In this document: positions 18,933 through 28,959 of the stretch, piece by piece
How positions within the stretch are numbered: the first letter of the stretch is position 1
Layout: every line of letters starts with the position of its first letter
Assembly: GCA_046758005.1 (NCBI GenBank)
Contig: JBHHZJ010000006.1
Coordinates: 634 to 64,633 of the forward strand
Reading direction: 5' to 3'
Length of the DNA stretch: 64,000 nt
DNA from: Kiloniellaceae bacterium
GTDB taxonomy: Bacteria; Pseudomonadota; Alphaproteobacteria; Kiloniellales; J153
The notes under the pieces: generated by a model
Database searches by the model: none
Told to the model about the DNA's origin: nothing
What the model saw: only the letters and a program-made list of their open reading frames with translations
Made by a program: the position numbers and the translations under genes

Positions 18933-21065
18933 ATGACCGACACCACGGCTCAGGACGGCGGCGGCGCGGGCCCCAACCGCACGGCCGCCGGCGCGTCGTT
19001 CCTCGCCCGCGTGGTGAACACGCTCAGGCGCGGCGACATCGCGCTCGCGCTCGGCATCGCATGCATCCTGGTCGTGCTCATCCTGCCGATGCCGAACTGG
19101 ATGCTCGACATCTCGCTGGCGGTGTCGATGACCTTCTCGGTGCTGGTCCTCATGACCGTGCTGTTCATCAGCCGGCCGCTCGATTTCAGCTCGTTCCCGA
19201 CGGTCCTGCTCATCGCCACGATGCTGCGGCTTGCCCTCAACCTCGCCTCGACGCGGCTTATTCTGGCCAACGGCCACGAGGGCACCGATGCCGCCGGCCG
19301 GGTGATCCAGGCCTTCGGCAACTTCGTGATGGGCGGCAACTTCGTCATCGGGATGATCGTCTTCGGCATTCTGGTGATCGTGAACTTCATCGTCATCACC
19401 AAGGGCTCGGGCCGCATCGCCGAGGTCTCGGCCCGGTTCAGCCTGGACGCCATGCCGGGCAAGCAGATGGCCATCGACGCCGACCTCTCGGCCGGCCTGA
19501 TCGACGAGAACGAGGCGCGCGGCCGGCGCAAGCAGCTGGAGGACGAGAGCAACTTCTTCGGCTCCATGGACGGCGCGGCGAAATTCGTGCGCGGCGACGC
19601 CATCGCGGGGCTGCTCATCACCTTCATCAACATCGTCGGCGGCATGATCATCGGGGTCGCACAGAACGACCTCACCTTCGCCGAGGCCGGGCAGGTCTAC
19701 ACGCTGCTGACCGTGGGCGACGGTCTGGTCACCCAGATTCCGGCGATCATCGTCTCGACCGCGGCGGGCCTGCTGGTGTCCAAGTCGGCCGCGATCGGCT
19801 CCGCGGACAAGGCCCTTTTCAGCGAATTGGGCGGCTACCCGCGGGCGCTCGGCCTGTCGTCGTTCCTGATGCTCGCCCTCGCCTTGCTGCCCGGCATCCC
19901 GGCGGTGCCGTTCCTCCTGCTCTCCGGCGTCGCCGGTACGCTCGCCTGGTCGACGGCCAAGCGCGGCGAGGCCGGCGAGGCGGCCAAGGCCGAGGGCGGC
20001 GATGCCGACGCGGCGCCGGCGCCGGCGGCCGAGGAGCCGATCAGCAACGCCCTGCAGATCGACAACCTGCGGCTCGAGCTGGGTTACGGGCTGCTGCCGA
20101 TGATCAGCAGCCAGGGCGGCCAGCGCCTGACCGACCAGATCAAATCGCTGCGCCGCCAGTTGGCCCAGGAGATGGGCTTCGTCCTGCCCTCGGTGCGCAT
20201 CCAGGACAACCTGCAGCTTCCCGCCAACACCTACGTGATCCGCCTCAAGGAGATCGAGGCCGGGCACGGCGAGCTGCGCCCGAACATGCTTCTGGTCATG
20301 GACCCGAAGGGCGAGAAGATCCCGCTGAGCGGCGAGGAGACGACCGAGCCGACCTTCGGCCTGCCGGCCATGTGGGTCGACGCGGGGGCGCGCGAGGAAG
20401 CGTTGTTCCGCGGTTACACCGTGGTCGACCCGCCGACCGTGATCACCACCCACCTGACCGAGGTGGTCAAGGACAACATGGCCGAGCTGCTGTCCTACGC
20501 CGAGACGCAGAAGCTTCTCGACGAGCTGGAACAGGACCAGCAGAAGCTGATCGCGGACCTGATCCCGAACCAGATTTCGGTCGGCGGCCTGCAACGAGTG
20601 TTGCAGAACCTGCTCGGCGAGCGAGTGTCGGTCCGCGACCTGCCGACCATCCTGGAGGGCGTGTCCGAGGCCTGCGGCTACACGCGCAGCATCACCGGCA
20701 TTACCGAGCACGTGCGCGCCCGCCTGGCCCGGCAGATCTCCAACGCCCAGCTCAACGAGCAGGGAATCCTGCCCATGGTCACGCTGACGCCGCAGTGGGA
20801 GCAGGCCTTCGCCGAGGCCATCGTCGGCGAGGGCGAGGAGAGGCACCTGTCCATGGCGCCCTCGAAGCTGCAGGAGTTCATCCACCAGGTGCGCACGACC
20901 TTCGAGCGGCACGCCATGATGGGCGAGACTCCGGTCCTGCTGACCAGCCCCGCGATCCGACCCTACGTGCGCTCGATCGTCGAGCGCTTCCGCCCGTCCA
21001 CGGTGGTCATGTCGCAGAACGAGGTCTACGCCAAGGCCCAGATCAAGACCCTGGGCCAGATCTGA
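18933..21065 (+). CDS. flhA: Export gate protein FlhA
   Basis: RIAEVSARFSLDAMPGKQMAIDADL, FFGSMDGAAKFVRGDAIAG. Confidence 0.97.
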   Translation: MTDTTAQDGGGAGPNRTAAGASFLARVVNTLRRGDIALALGIACILVVLILPMPNWMLDISLAVSMTFSVLVLMTVLFISRPLDFSSFPTVLLIATMLRLALNLASTRLILANGHEGTDAAGRVIQAFGNFVMGGNFVIGMIVFGILVIVNFIVITKGSGRIAEVSARFSLDAMPGKQMAIDADLSAGLIDENEARGRRKQLEDESNFFGSMDGAAKFVRGDAIAGLLITFINIVGGMIIGVAQNDLTFAEAGQVYTLLTVGDGLVTQIPAIIVSTAAGLLVSKSAAIGSADKALFSELGGYPRALGLSSFLMLALALLPGIPAVPFLLLSGVAGTLAWSTAKRGEAGEAAKAEGGDADAAPAPAAEEPISNALQIDNLRLELGYGLLPMISSQGGQRLTDQIKSLRRQLAQEMGFVLPSVRIQDNLQLPANTYVIRLKEIEAGHGELRPNMLLVMDPKGEKIPLSGEETTEPTFGLPAMWVDAGAREEALFRGYTVVDPPTVITTHLTEVVKDNMAELLSYAETQKLLDELEQDQQKLIADLIPNQISVGGLQRVLQNLLGERVSVRDLPTILEGVSEACGYTRSITGITEHVRARLARQISNAQLNEQGILPMVTLTPQWEQAFAEAIVGEGEERHLSMAPSKLQEFIHQVRTTFERHAMMGETPVLLTSPAIRPYVRSIVERFRPSTVVMSQNEVYAKAQIKTLGQI

Positions 21066-21107
21066 CGATGGCCGGAGGCGCGTCGACCTGAAGGAGATGA
21101 CCGGTCC

Positions 21108-22085
21108 ATGCGGCTGAAGAGCTTCACGGCGAACACCTTGCCCGAGGCCATGAAGCGCGTGCGCGAGGCCCTCGGGCCGGACGCCGTCATTCTGTCGACC
21201 CAGCCGGCGGAGAACGGCCTGGGCGTGCGCGTGACCGCGGCCCTGGAGGACTCTCCGCTCGACGAGCTGGACTTCGGCCCGCAACCGGGCGGGCCGCCGC
21301 CCATCGACGTGATCTCCCAGGCCCTGTCCTACCACCGGCTGCCGCCCGGCCTGTTCGACCGCCTGCTCGGCGCCGCCGCGAGCCTGCCCGCGTGCGAGGC
21401 CGTGATGGTGCTCGCCGGCGCGCTCGACACCGCGTTCGCCTTCGCGCCCCTGCCGGCGCTCGAGGCGCCGCGCCCGGTCATGCTGGTCGGCGCACCGGGA
21501 GCGGGCAAGACCGCGACCGCGGCCAAGCTGTGCGCCCGTGCGCGCCTCGCGGGCCGGCCGGCCGCGCTCATCACCATGGACACCGTCAAGTCGGGCGGGC
21601 TCGCCCAGGTCACGGCCTTCGCCAAGGCGCTGACGGCGCGCCTCGCCCAGGCCGGGGACGCAAGGGCGCTGGCCGAGGCGGTCCGGGCCTGCCCTCAGGA
21701 CCATTTCGTCGTCATCGACACCGTGGGCGCAAACCCCTTCGAGGCTAAGGACCTCGCCCGCGTGTCCGAGGCCGCGCGCGCGGCCGGGGCCGATGTCGCG
21801 CTCGTGCTGCCGGCGGGCGGCGATGCGGCCGACTCCGCCGAGGCCGCGCTCGCCTTCGCCCAGACCGGGGCGAAGGGCCTGATCGGAACCCGCCTGGACA
21901 CCGCCAGGCGCTTCGGCGGGCTGCTCAGCGCCGCACAGGCCGGCCGGATGGCCTTGATGGCGGCCGGCACGTCCCCCCACATCGGCGACCCCTTGCTGCC
22001 GATCAATCCGGTTTCGCTCGCGCGCCTGTTGTTGCCCGCCGAGGCCGTGGCCGAGCAAGCCGCCCAAGTCAGGAAATCGCGCTAA
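21108..22085 (+). CDS. flhF: SRP-type GTPase FlhF (short form)
   Basis: MRLKSF...EAMKRVREALGPDAVILS; GAPGAGKT...AKL; IDTVG; TRLD. Confidence 0.85.
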   Translation: MRLKSFTANTLPEAMKRVREALGPDAVILSTQPAENGLGVRVTAALEDSPLDELDFGPQPGGPPPIDVISQALSYHRLPPGLFDRLLGAAASLPACEAVMVLAGALDTAFAFAPLPALEAPRPVMLVGAPGAGKTATAAKLCARARLAGRPAALITMDTVKSGGLAQVTAFAKALTARLAQAGDARALAEAVRACPQDHFVVIDTVGANPFEAKDLARVSEAARAAGADVALVLPAGGDAADSAEAALAFAQTGAKGLIGTRLDTARRFGGLLSAAQAGRMALMAAGTSPHIGDPLLPINPVSLARLLLPAEAVAEQAAQVRKSR

Positions 22086-22876
22086 TGGTCGAAGCTCCGA
22101 ACATGCCCGCCAGCGCCGCCGGCGCCGCCGCGCTCGGCAACGGGATCGCCGTCGCCTCGGGCAAGGGCGGCGTCGGCAAGACCTGGCTGTCGATCACGCT
22201 ATGCCACGCCCTCGCCAAGCGCGGGTGCAAGGTCCTGCTGTTCGACGGCGACCTGGGGCTGGCCAACGTGGACATCCAGTTGGGGCTGGCGCCATCGCGG
22301 GACCTGGGCGGCGTGCTCGCGGGGCGCTACGGCCTAGGCGACGCCGCGCTCGGCTATTCCGAGGGTGGCTTCGACGTCGTCGCGGGCCGCTCGGGCTCGG
22401 GCAGCCTGGCAAGCCTGCCGGGGGACCGGCTGGCGCGGTTGACCGCCGGCCTGGCGCAGCTGGCCCCGGCCTACGATTGGCTCGTCCTCGACCTCGGCGC
22501 CGGGGTCGAGCGCACCGTTCGCCAGTTCGCCGCGCAGGCCCGGACCTGCCTGGTCGTGACCACCGACGAGCCGACCGCGATGACCGACGCCTACGCGTTC
22601 ATCAAGCTGTCCCTGCACCGGAAGCCGCCGCCGGACCTGCGTCTGGTCGTCAACATGGCCGCCTCGCACGGCGAGGGCGAACGGACCTACGCGACCGTGC
22701 GCAAGGCGTGCGAGTCCTTCCTCAAGATCGCGCCGCCGCTGGCCGGGATCGTGCGCCGCGACGGCAAGGTCAAGGAGGCGATCCGCAACCAAGCCCCGCT
22801 CCTGGTTCGCTACCCGAACTCGGCCGCCGCGGCCGACATCGAGGGCCTGGCGCGGCGCCTCGTGGAGACGCTATGA
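22085..22876 (+). CDS. flhG: MinD-like ATPase FlhG/FleN
   Basis: IAVASGKGGVGKT, DGDLGLANVD, EPTAMTDAYAFIK. Confidence 0.92.
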   Translation: MVEAPNMPASAAGAAALGNGIAVASGKGGVGKTWLSITLCHALAKRGCKVLLFDGDLGLANVDIQLGLAPSRDLGGVLAGRYGLGDAALGYSEGGFDVVAGRSGSGSLASLPGDRLARLTAGLAQLAPAYDWLVLDLGAGVERTVRQFAAQARTCLVVTTDEPTAMTDAYAFIKLSLHRKPPPDLRLVVNMAASHGEGERTYATVRKACESFLKIAPPLAGIVRRDGKVKEAIRNQAPLLVRYPNSAAAADIEGLARRLVETL

Positions 22877-24882
22877 ACGACCCGTTGCGACCGTCGTCCC
22901 TGTTGGGCGCCGCGGTCCCGGCGACCGCGCCCTCGGGCGTGCTCGCCACCATTCCCAACCCGCCGCCCGACGTGGCGCGGCTGGCCGCCGGCACCATCCT
23001 GCGCGGCGTCGTGGTGGGCGAGGACGGCAAGGGCCGCGTCCTCGTGCGCACCGAGCTCGGCACGCTCGCCGTGGCCACCAAGGTCCACCTCGCCCCCGAC
23101 GCCGAGGTCACGCTGCAGGTGCGCAGCAGCGGGGCGCAGCTTCACGTCCTGCTCATGCAGACCCGGGCCCAGGCCGCCGCAGCGCCGGGGCGCTTGGCGC
23201 CGCAAGGCTCGGCGGGCTCCGGCGGGGCGCAAGCGAACGCGCCGCCCGCGCCCGCGGCGGCGGGCACGCCGGCCCTCGCCGCACACGGCCCCGCGGCCGC
23301 CCCGCCCGACCTGCTGAGCCTGGGGCAGTTGGTGCGAGCCGTGCTCCAGACCCCCGCCGCGCCGCCGGACGCCGCGGCGGGCTCCGCCTCGACCCTCCCG
23401 CCGGCCCTGTTCCGCCTCGCGCCCGGCAGCGAGCTGCAGGTCCGAATCCTGGCGGTCAGCGCCCCGCCCGTCCAGGATCAAGGGCCGGCCTCGGCCACGG
23501 CGGGGCAGGCGGCCGCCGCCCCGCCCGCCGCCGCGACGCCGGCCCCGGCGGCGCAAGGCCAGGGGGGGACCGTTGCGGGGACCGCGCCTCCGGCCGCGCG
23601 GATCAACGCTGGCGCACCGCCGCAGCCACAAGCCACGCCAGGCGCTTCCGCCGCGGTTCCGGCCCAGGGGGCTTCGGCCTCGGGCTCGGCCGCGCCACAG
23701 GTTCGGCCGGCGCCGCCGCCCCTCGCCCCCATAGCGGGTCAGCCAACCCCCGGCGCCCCGACGCCCGGCGTGGCGCGGAACCGGGCCCCGCCGGCGATCC
23801 CACCTCCCGCCGCCGGTCCGGGCCAGCCCTCCGCGCCCGGGCTCGGGGCGGGTTCGACGGCGACTCCGGCACCCTCGGCGCCGGTACGGCCCGGCCCCGT
23901 CGTCGCCCCGGGCGCCGGACAGCCGAGCGCTCAAGCGGCGGGAAGCGCGGAAGTCGCCGGGCCGCGGCCGGGCGCCGCCCCTGCCGTCGGCATCGCCCAG
24001 CCATCGTCCCCGCCCATACCGACCGGAGCGCTCCGGTTTACCGGCGAGGTGACGGCCGTGACCCACGCCGGCCAACCGGTGCTGCGCACACCGCTCGGCA
24101 CCATGACCCTGGAGCTCGAGGCCTCCCTCCCGCCGGGCGGCCGGGTCACGCTGGAGTTGCCGGCCGGGGCGCTCCCCGACGGTGAAGCCCCCGCGGGGCC
24201 GACCCCGCGCCCGCTGGGCCACGCGTGGCTGGCGCTGGAGGAGGCGCTGCAAGCGCTTCAGGAGCTCGGCACGCCGGGCGCGGCCACGCCGCCCGTCCCG
24301 CACGGGGTGCCCCAGCCGGGGCCAAGGCTCGCCTCCGGCATCCTGTTCTTCCTCTCGGCGCTGAGCCGTGGCGAGATGAGCCGGTGGCTCGGCGCCCAGA
24401 CCGTGCAGCTCCTGAAAAACGCCGGGCGGGACGGCCTGCTCAACCGCCTCGGGCAGGACTTCGGCCAGATGAGTCGCCTGGCCGACGGCACGGGCGGCGA
24501 TTGGCGCCTGGTGCCCATTCCCATTTGGGACGGCCACGAAGTCCAGCAGCTGCGGCTGTTCCTGCGCCACAGGGACCGGCGGCGCGGCGCGGCCGGGAGC
24601 CAGGACGGCGACGAGGCGACCCGTTTCATCCTCGAGGTCGAAATGTCGCGCCTCGGCGAGTTACAGCTCGACGGCCTGGTCCGGGCGAAGCGCTTCGACC
24701 TGATCCTGCGCACGCGCCAACCGCTGCCCGAGGCCATGCGCCACGATATCCGGCAGATCTTCCAAGACGCCAACGACGCCGCAGGCTACGCCGGCGGCCT
24801 CGGGTTCCAGGCCTCGCGCGAGTGGCGGTTCCTGCCGATCGAAAGTCCCGCCGCGGCCGCCTCGTCCAGCCTGGTCGTGTAG
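22873..24882 (+). CDS. Pro/Ala-rich hypothetical protein with a FliK-like C-terminus (669 aa)
   Basis: ATGA overlap with flhG; repeated RTELGTL/RTPLGTM beta motifs; C-terminal RFILEVEMSRLGELQLDGLV. Confidence 0.75.
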   Translation: MNDPLRPSSLLGAAVPATAPSGVLATIPNPPPDVARLAAGTILRGVVVGEDGKGRVLVRTELGTLAVATKVHLAPDAEVTLQVRSSGAQLHVLLMQTRAQAAAAPGRLAPQGSAGSGGAQANAPPAPAAAGTPALAAHGPAAAPPDLLSLGQLVRAVLQTPAAPPDAAAGSASTLPPALFRLAPGSELQVRILAVSAPPVQDQGPASATAGQAAAAPPAAATPAPAAQGQGGTVAGTAPPAARINAGAPPQPQATPGASAAVPAQGASASGSAAPQVRPAPPPLAPIAGQPTPGAPTPGVARNRAPPAIPPPAAGPGQPSAPGLGAGSTATPAPSAPVRPGPVVAPGAGQPSAQAAGSAEVAGPRPGAAPAVGIAQPSSPPIPTGALRFTGEVTAVTHAGQPVLRTPLGTMTLELEASLPPGGRVTLELPAGALPDGEAPAGPTPRPLGHAWLALEEALQALQELGTPGAATPPVPHGVPQPGPRLASGILFFLSALSRGEMSRWLGAQTVQLLKNAGRDGLLNRLGQDFGQMSRLADGTGGDWRLVPIPIWDGHEVQQLRLFLRHRDRRRGAAGSQDGDEATRFILEVEMSRLGELQLDGLVRAKRFDLILRTRQPLPEAMRHDIRQIFQDANDAAGYAGGLGFQASREWRFLPIESPAAAASSSLVV

Positions 24883-24899
24883 CCCGGATTTCTTTCCAG

Positions 24900-24926
24900 G
24901 TCATGGCCGGGCTCGCCCCGGCCATC
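24900..24926 (+). repeat. Solo REP-like palindrome (CGTC-type)
   Basis: GTC-ATGGCCGGG-CTCGC-CCCGGCCAT-C; same layout as the 60215/60556 repeats; between convergent genes. Confidence 0.75.
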
Positions 24927-24965
24927 AGAGACTCCGGCCAGCCCGACCGAGGGCCGGCGGACCGG

Positions 24966-25394
24966 TCAGTCCTCCCGCGCCAGACGGCCACGCCGGTACA
25001 GGCTCGTGCCGAGCTCGTCCAGCGCCTTTTGCTCGCCCCGGGCGCGGCGGTCCCGTTCGCGTTTGTCGTCGTTGTCGCGCGCGAGCTCGTACTTCTTCAC
25101 TTCCTGGAAGGCGGCATGGACCTCCTCGCGAGCGGCCTCGATGGCGCGCTCCAGTTCGGCGATCGACTGGCGCAGGCGCTTGCGCCGCTCCAGCGCCGCG
25201 GCGACGAAGGCGGGAAAGGCGACCGTACCCTCGAGCGACCCGGAGGCGGCCCGTTGCTCGCGCTCCAGGTCCTCCTGGAGCCGGCGCAGATCGTCCTTCA
25301 TGCGCTCGGCGAGCCCTTCCAGCGCGGCGAGCTTCTGCCGCTTCTCGTTGAGGATCCAGTCGTGGACACGGACCAGGCTGCCGAGCGCGGTCAT
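24966..25394 (-). CDS. fliJ: Flagellar export protein FliJ
   Basis: Coiled-coil 142 aa ([13 protein letters not shown]...AFQEVKKYE...EQKALDE); ATGA overlap with the fliI stop. Confidence 0.85.
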   Translation of the reverse strand: MTALGSLVRVHDWILNEKRQKLAALEGLAERMKDDLRRLQEDLEREQRAASGSLEGTVAFPAFVAAALERRKRLRQSIAELERAIEAAREEVHAAFQEVKKYELARDNDDKRERDRRARGEQKALDELGTSLYRRGRLARED

Positions 25395-26794
25395 GGCGTT
25401 TCGGGGCCCTCGCCGCCCTTCGGGCCTGGCGCCTTGCCGCCCGGCGGCCAGGGCACGCCCAAGATCCCTGCCAGGGCCGCGTAGCCGCTCGCGAGGTCGC
25501 AGCGCTCCGCCTTGCCCTGGCTGAGGAAAGCCTCGAGCTGCGGCTGGTAATGAATGGCTTCGTCGATCGTGGCGTCGCTGCCCTTCTTGTAGGCGCCGAT
25601 GCGGATCAGCTCGGCCATGTCCTCGTAGGTCGACAGCAGCACGCGCGCACGGTTGACAAGCGCGTTCTCCGCCTCGGTGTTGCAATCGGGCATGGTCCGG
25701 GAGATGCTGCGCAGGACGTTGATCGCGGGGTAGCGGTTGCGCTCGGCGATCGCGCGGTCGAGCACGATCTGCCCGTCGAGAATGCCGCGGACGGCGTCGG
25801 CGATCGGCTCGTTGTGGTCGTCGCCCTCGACCAACACGGTGAACAGGCCGGTGATCGAGCCTCCGTCCTCGCCCGGCCCGGCCCGCTCGAGGAGCTGCGG
25901 CAGCTGGCCGAACACGCTCGGGGTGTAGCCCTTGCTCGTCGGCGGCTCGCCGGCGGCCAGGCCGATCTCGCGCATGGCCATGGCGAAGCGGGTAATCGAG
26001 TCGATCAGGCAGATCACGTCCTTGCCCAAATCGCGGAAGTATTCGGCGATGGCGAGCGTCAGGTTGGCCGCCTGGCGGCGCATCAGCGGCGGCTCGTCCG
26101 ACGTGGCCACGACGACGACCGAACGCGCCAGGCCCTCGGCGCCGAGGTCGTCCTCCAGCCATTCCTGGACCTCGCGGCCGCGCTCCCCGATCAGCCCGAT
26201 GACGATCACGTCCGAGGTCGAATAGCGCGCCAGCATGGACAGCAGCACCGACTTTCCCACGCCCGAGCCGGAGAAAATGCCCATCCGCTGGCCCCGGCAG
26301 CAGGTCAGGAAGGTGTTGAGCGCGCGCACCCCGAGGTCGATCTTGCCGCCCACGCGCTGGCGCCGATGCGCCGGCGGCGGCCGGCGCCGCAGGGCGCCGG
26401 GAACCGGGCCCGACGGCAGCGGGCCCTTGCCGTCGATCGGCTCGCACAGTGCGTTGACCACGCGCCCGAGCCAGGCCTCGGTGGGCCAAATCAGGGGCTC
26501 CGCCTTGACGACCTCTGCCTTGCAGCCCAGGCCGACGCCGTCGAGCGAGCCGAAGGGCAGCAAGAGCGCTCGGCCCTGGCGGAACCCGATGACCTCGCAC
26601 TGCACGCTGGCGCCGCCGCGCGCCAGCACGTTGCAGCGCTCGCCGACCGAAAGCTCGCGCTCGAGCCCGGCCACCTCGACCAGCATGCCGAGCACGCCGC
26701 CGACCCTGCCGTAGAGGCGGAATTCGGGAAGTTGATCGAGCTCGTCGATTAGGGACCGGACGGCCGCTGCCACCTGCGCCTCCCCATCGCGCAT
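25391..26794 (-). CDS. fliI: Flagellar export ATPase FliI
   Basis: [46 protein letters not shown]. Confidence 0.97.
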   Translation of the reverse strand: MRDGEAQVAAAVRSLIDELDQLPEFRLYGRVGGVLGMLVEVAGLERELSVGERCNVLARGGASVQCEVIGFRQGRALLLPFGSLDGVGLGCKAEVVKAEPLIWPTEAWLGRVVNALCEPIDGKGPLPSGPVPGALRRRPPPAHRRQRVGGKIDLGVRALNTFLTCCRGQRMGIFSGSGVGKSVLLSMLARYSTSDVIVIGLIGERGREVQEWLEDDLGAEGLARSVVVVATSDEPPLMRRQAANLTLAIAEYFRDLGKDVICLIDSITRFAMAMREIGLAAGEPPTSKGYTPSVFGQLPQLLERAGPGEDGGSITGLFTVLVEGDDHNEPIADAVRGILDGQIVLDRAIAERNRYPAINVLRSISRTMPDCNTEAENALVNRARVLLSTYEDMAELIRIGAYKKGSDATIDEAIHYQPQLEAFLSQGKAERCDLASGYAALAGILGVPWPPGGKAPGPKGGEGPETP

Positions 26795-26836
26795 CGCGTG
26801 ATACGCCCAATTGGGGCGCAGTATGGGCCGGGCGCT

Positions 26837-26913
26837 TTAAAGTTGCGTAAAACAACAAAGATCAGACTTGCGGCGCTAAGGGTTTGTTAATAAAACTTCC
26901 GCAAAATGGTTAA
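26837..26913. promoter_or_regulatory. CtrA-box-like sites in the divergent fliI/ctrA promoter region
   Basis: TTAA-N7-TAAA (26837-26851), CTAA-N7-TTAA (26876-26890) and ATGGTTAA (reverse TTAACCAT half-site, 26906-26913). Confidence 0.65.
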
Positions 26914-26956
26914 CATCAGTAATTCCCGTCCAAACTAAGGCATCAGGATTGGATTC

Positions 26957-27685
26957 ATGAGAGTGCTTCTAGTCGAGGATGATCCGGCCACGGCCCAGAG
27001 CATAGAAATGATGCTCAGGTCCGAGAGCTATGTCTGCGACACCACGGACATGGGCGAGGACGGGCTCGAGATCGGCAAACTCTACGATTACGACATCATC
27101 GTTCTCGACCTCATGCTACCCGACATGGACGGCTATGAGGTCCTGCGCCGCTTGCGGGCCGCCCGAGTCAAGACCCCGATCCTCATTCTCTCGGGACTGA
27201 ACGGGCTGGATGACAAGATCAAGGGCCTGGGCGTGGGCGCCGACGACTATCTGACCAAGCCGTTCGACAAGCGGGAGCTGGTGGCGCGCATCCAGGCGAT
27301 CGTCCGGCGCTCGAAGGGCCATTCCGATTCGGTCATCAAGACCGGCAAGCTGACCGTCAACCTGGACACCCGAACCGTCGAGGTCGATGGCCAGCCGCTG
27401 CACCTGACGGGCAAGGAATACGGCATCCTCGAGCTGCTTTCGTTGCGCAAGGGCACGACCCTGACCAAGGAGATGTTCCTGAACCATCTCTACGGCGGCA
27501 TGGACGAGCCGGAGCTGAAAATCATCGACGTCTTCGTGTGCAAGCTGCGCAAGAAGCTCACGGCGGCCACCGGGGGCGAGAACTACATCGAGACCGTCTG
27601 GGGCCGGGGCTACGTCCTGCGCGACCCGACGCCGGCCCAGGACGGCGCAAAGGATCAACTCGGTCGCCAAGCGGCAGCCGGCTGA
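26957..27685 (+). CDS. ctrA: Cell-cycle/motility master response regulator CtrA
   Basis: MRVLLVEDD...[16 protein letters not shown]...[33 protein letters not shown]...[14 protein letters not shown]. Confidence 0.97.
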   Translation: MRVLLVEDDPATAQSIEMMLRSESYVCDTTDMGEDGLEIGKLYDYDIIVLDLMLPDMDGYEVLRRLRAARVKTPILILSGLNGLDDKIKGLGVGADDYLTKPFDKRELVARIQAIVRRSKGHSDSVIKTGKLTVNLDTRTVEVDGQPLHLTGKEYGILELLSLRKGTTLTKEMFLNHLYGGMDEPELKIIDVFVCKLRKKLTAATGGENYIETVWGRGYVLRDPTPAQDGAKDQLGRQAAAG

Positions 27686-27751
27686 CCGCTCGGGCATCCG
27701 GGGAACTCGACTCGGACGGGAATCCACCGGCAAGAAACGAACGGCGCGTTC

Positions 27752-27890
27752 CTAGAGCGGATCGTGATTGATTGGAACCACTTCGCGGCTCCAATCAATC
27801 ATGTGAATCCGCTCTATACATTACAGTTGGAGCAAATCCGGGTCGATGAATCGCCTTCGGGCAATTCTCATCGACCCGGATTTGCTCTAG
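27752..27890. repeat. 139-bp double-hairpin intergenic element of CIR/RIME/Bru-RS type
   Basis: Starts CTAGAGC and ends GCTCTAG; hairpin 1 at 27753-27816; hairpin 2 has a perfect 20-bp stem (27830-27849/27868-27887); two GANTC sites. Confidence 0.8.
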
Positions 27891-27959
27891 GGCAGCGCGC
27901 CGGTGTTTCACAAATGTCGGCCGCGCGTGACGGCAAGCCGGCGCGCTTCGGGCCGCTCA

Positions 27960-28119
27960 TTCCAACCACCGTTGATATCGACCCGTTTCGCCGGGACGAT
28001 TTTTGCCGCCGGACCGGTGCCAGTCGCGCCGGAGCGCGGGCCACTTCAAGCGACGAGCGATGTATCCGGCGGCGAAAGGCGCCCGGCCTTCGGTGGGGCA
28101 ATATCAACGGTGGTTGGTA
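27960..28119. mobile_element. 160-bp MITE-like element
   Basis: 19-bp terminal inverted repeats TTCCAACCACCGTTGATAT/ATATCAACGGTGGTTGGTA (18/19 match); TCA direct repeats on both flanks; inner 13-bp inverted repeat (28001-28013/28065-28077). Confidence 0.75.
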
Positions 28120-28959
28120 TCAGCTGGCGGCCCGCGCCGCCGTGCCGGACGCCGCCAGCGTATAGATGCCCCGCTTCCCCGGCATGAGCTGGAAGCGGTC
28201 GGTCGTGCCGAGCACGGTCTCGGCGCCGCCGAGGTACAGGAAGCCGTCGGCGGACAACAGGTTGGCGATGTTGTCCAGGACGCGGGTCTTGGTCGGCGGG
28301 TCGAAATAGATCAGCACGTTGCGGCAGAACACGACGTCGAACCGGCCGAGCGGCGCCGGGTCGTTCAGCAGGTTGAATTCCATGAACTTGACCATCTTGC
28401 GGATGCCTTCGTCGATCTGCCAGCGATCGCCGACCTGCTTGAAGTATTTGACCAGCAGCGTGATCGGAAGGCCGCGCTGGACCTCGAACTGCGAGTAGAG
28501 CCCTTCCTTCGCCTTGTCCAGGATCTCGCGCGAGAGGTCGGTGGCCACGATCTCGACCCGCCAGCCGGCGAGCTTCGCCTCCTGCTCCTTGAGGATCATG
28601 GCGAGCGTGTACGGCTCCTGGCCCGACGAGCAGGCGGCGCTCCAGATCCGGAACGCGCGTTTCGACGCCCGGTGCTCGAGCAAGTGCGGCAGCACGACCT
28701 CGCGGAACTGTTCGAACGGTTTCTGATCGCGGAAGAAGAACGACTCGTTGGTGGTCATCGCCTCGGTGACGTCCACCAGGAGCGCGTCGTCCTTGCCGTT
28801 CCTGATTGCCTGTGCCAGCTCGTCGAAGCCCGCGAAGTTCCACTTGCGGGCCACCGGATTGAGCCGGCTCTCGAGCAGATACGCCTTTTCCTTGCTGAGC
28901 GCGAGACCGCTGCGCTCCTTCAGGATCTGCGCGATCAGTTCGAAGTCGCTTACGTTCAT
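28120..28959 (-). CDS. cheR: Chemotaxis methyltransferase CheR
   Basis: TTNESFFFRD, IWSAACSSGQEPY, FDVVFCRNVLIYFD. Confidence 0.96.
   Translation of the reverse strand: MNVSDFELIAQILKERSGLALSKEKAYLLESRLNPVARKWNFAGFDELAQAIRNGKDDALLVDVTEAMTTNESFFFRDQKPFEQFREVVLPHLLEHRASKRAFRIWSAACSSGQEPYTLAMILKEQEAKLAGWRVEIVATDLSREILDKAKEGLYSQFEVQRGLPITLLVKYFKQVGDRWQIDEGIRKMVKFMEFNLLNDPAPLGRFDVVFCRNVLIYFDPPTKTRVLDNIANLLSADGFLYLGGAETVLGTTDRFQLMPGKRGIYTLAASGTAARAAS

Noticed and set aside
27764-28165. 133-aa ORF downstream of ctrA
   Set aside because: It runs through two palindromic repeat elements and into cheR; no RBS and no motif.
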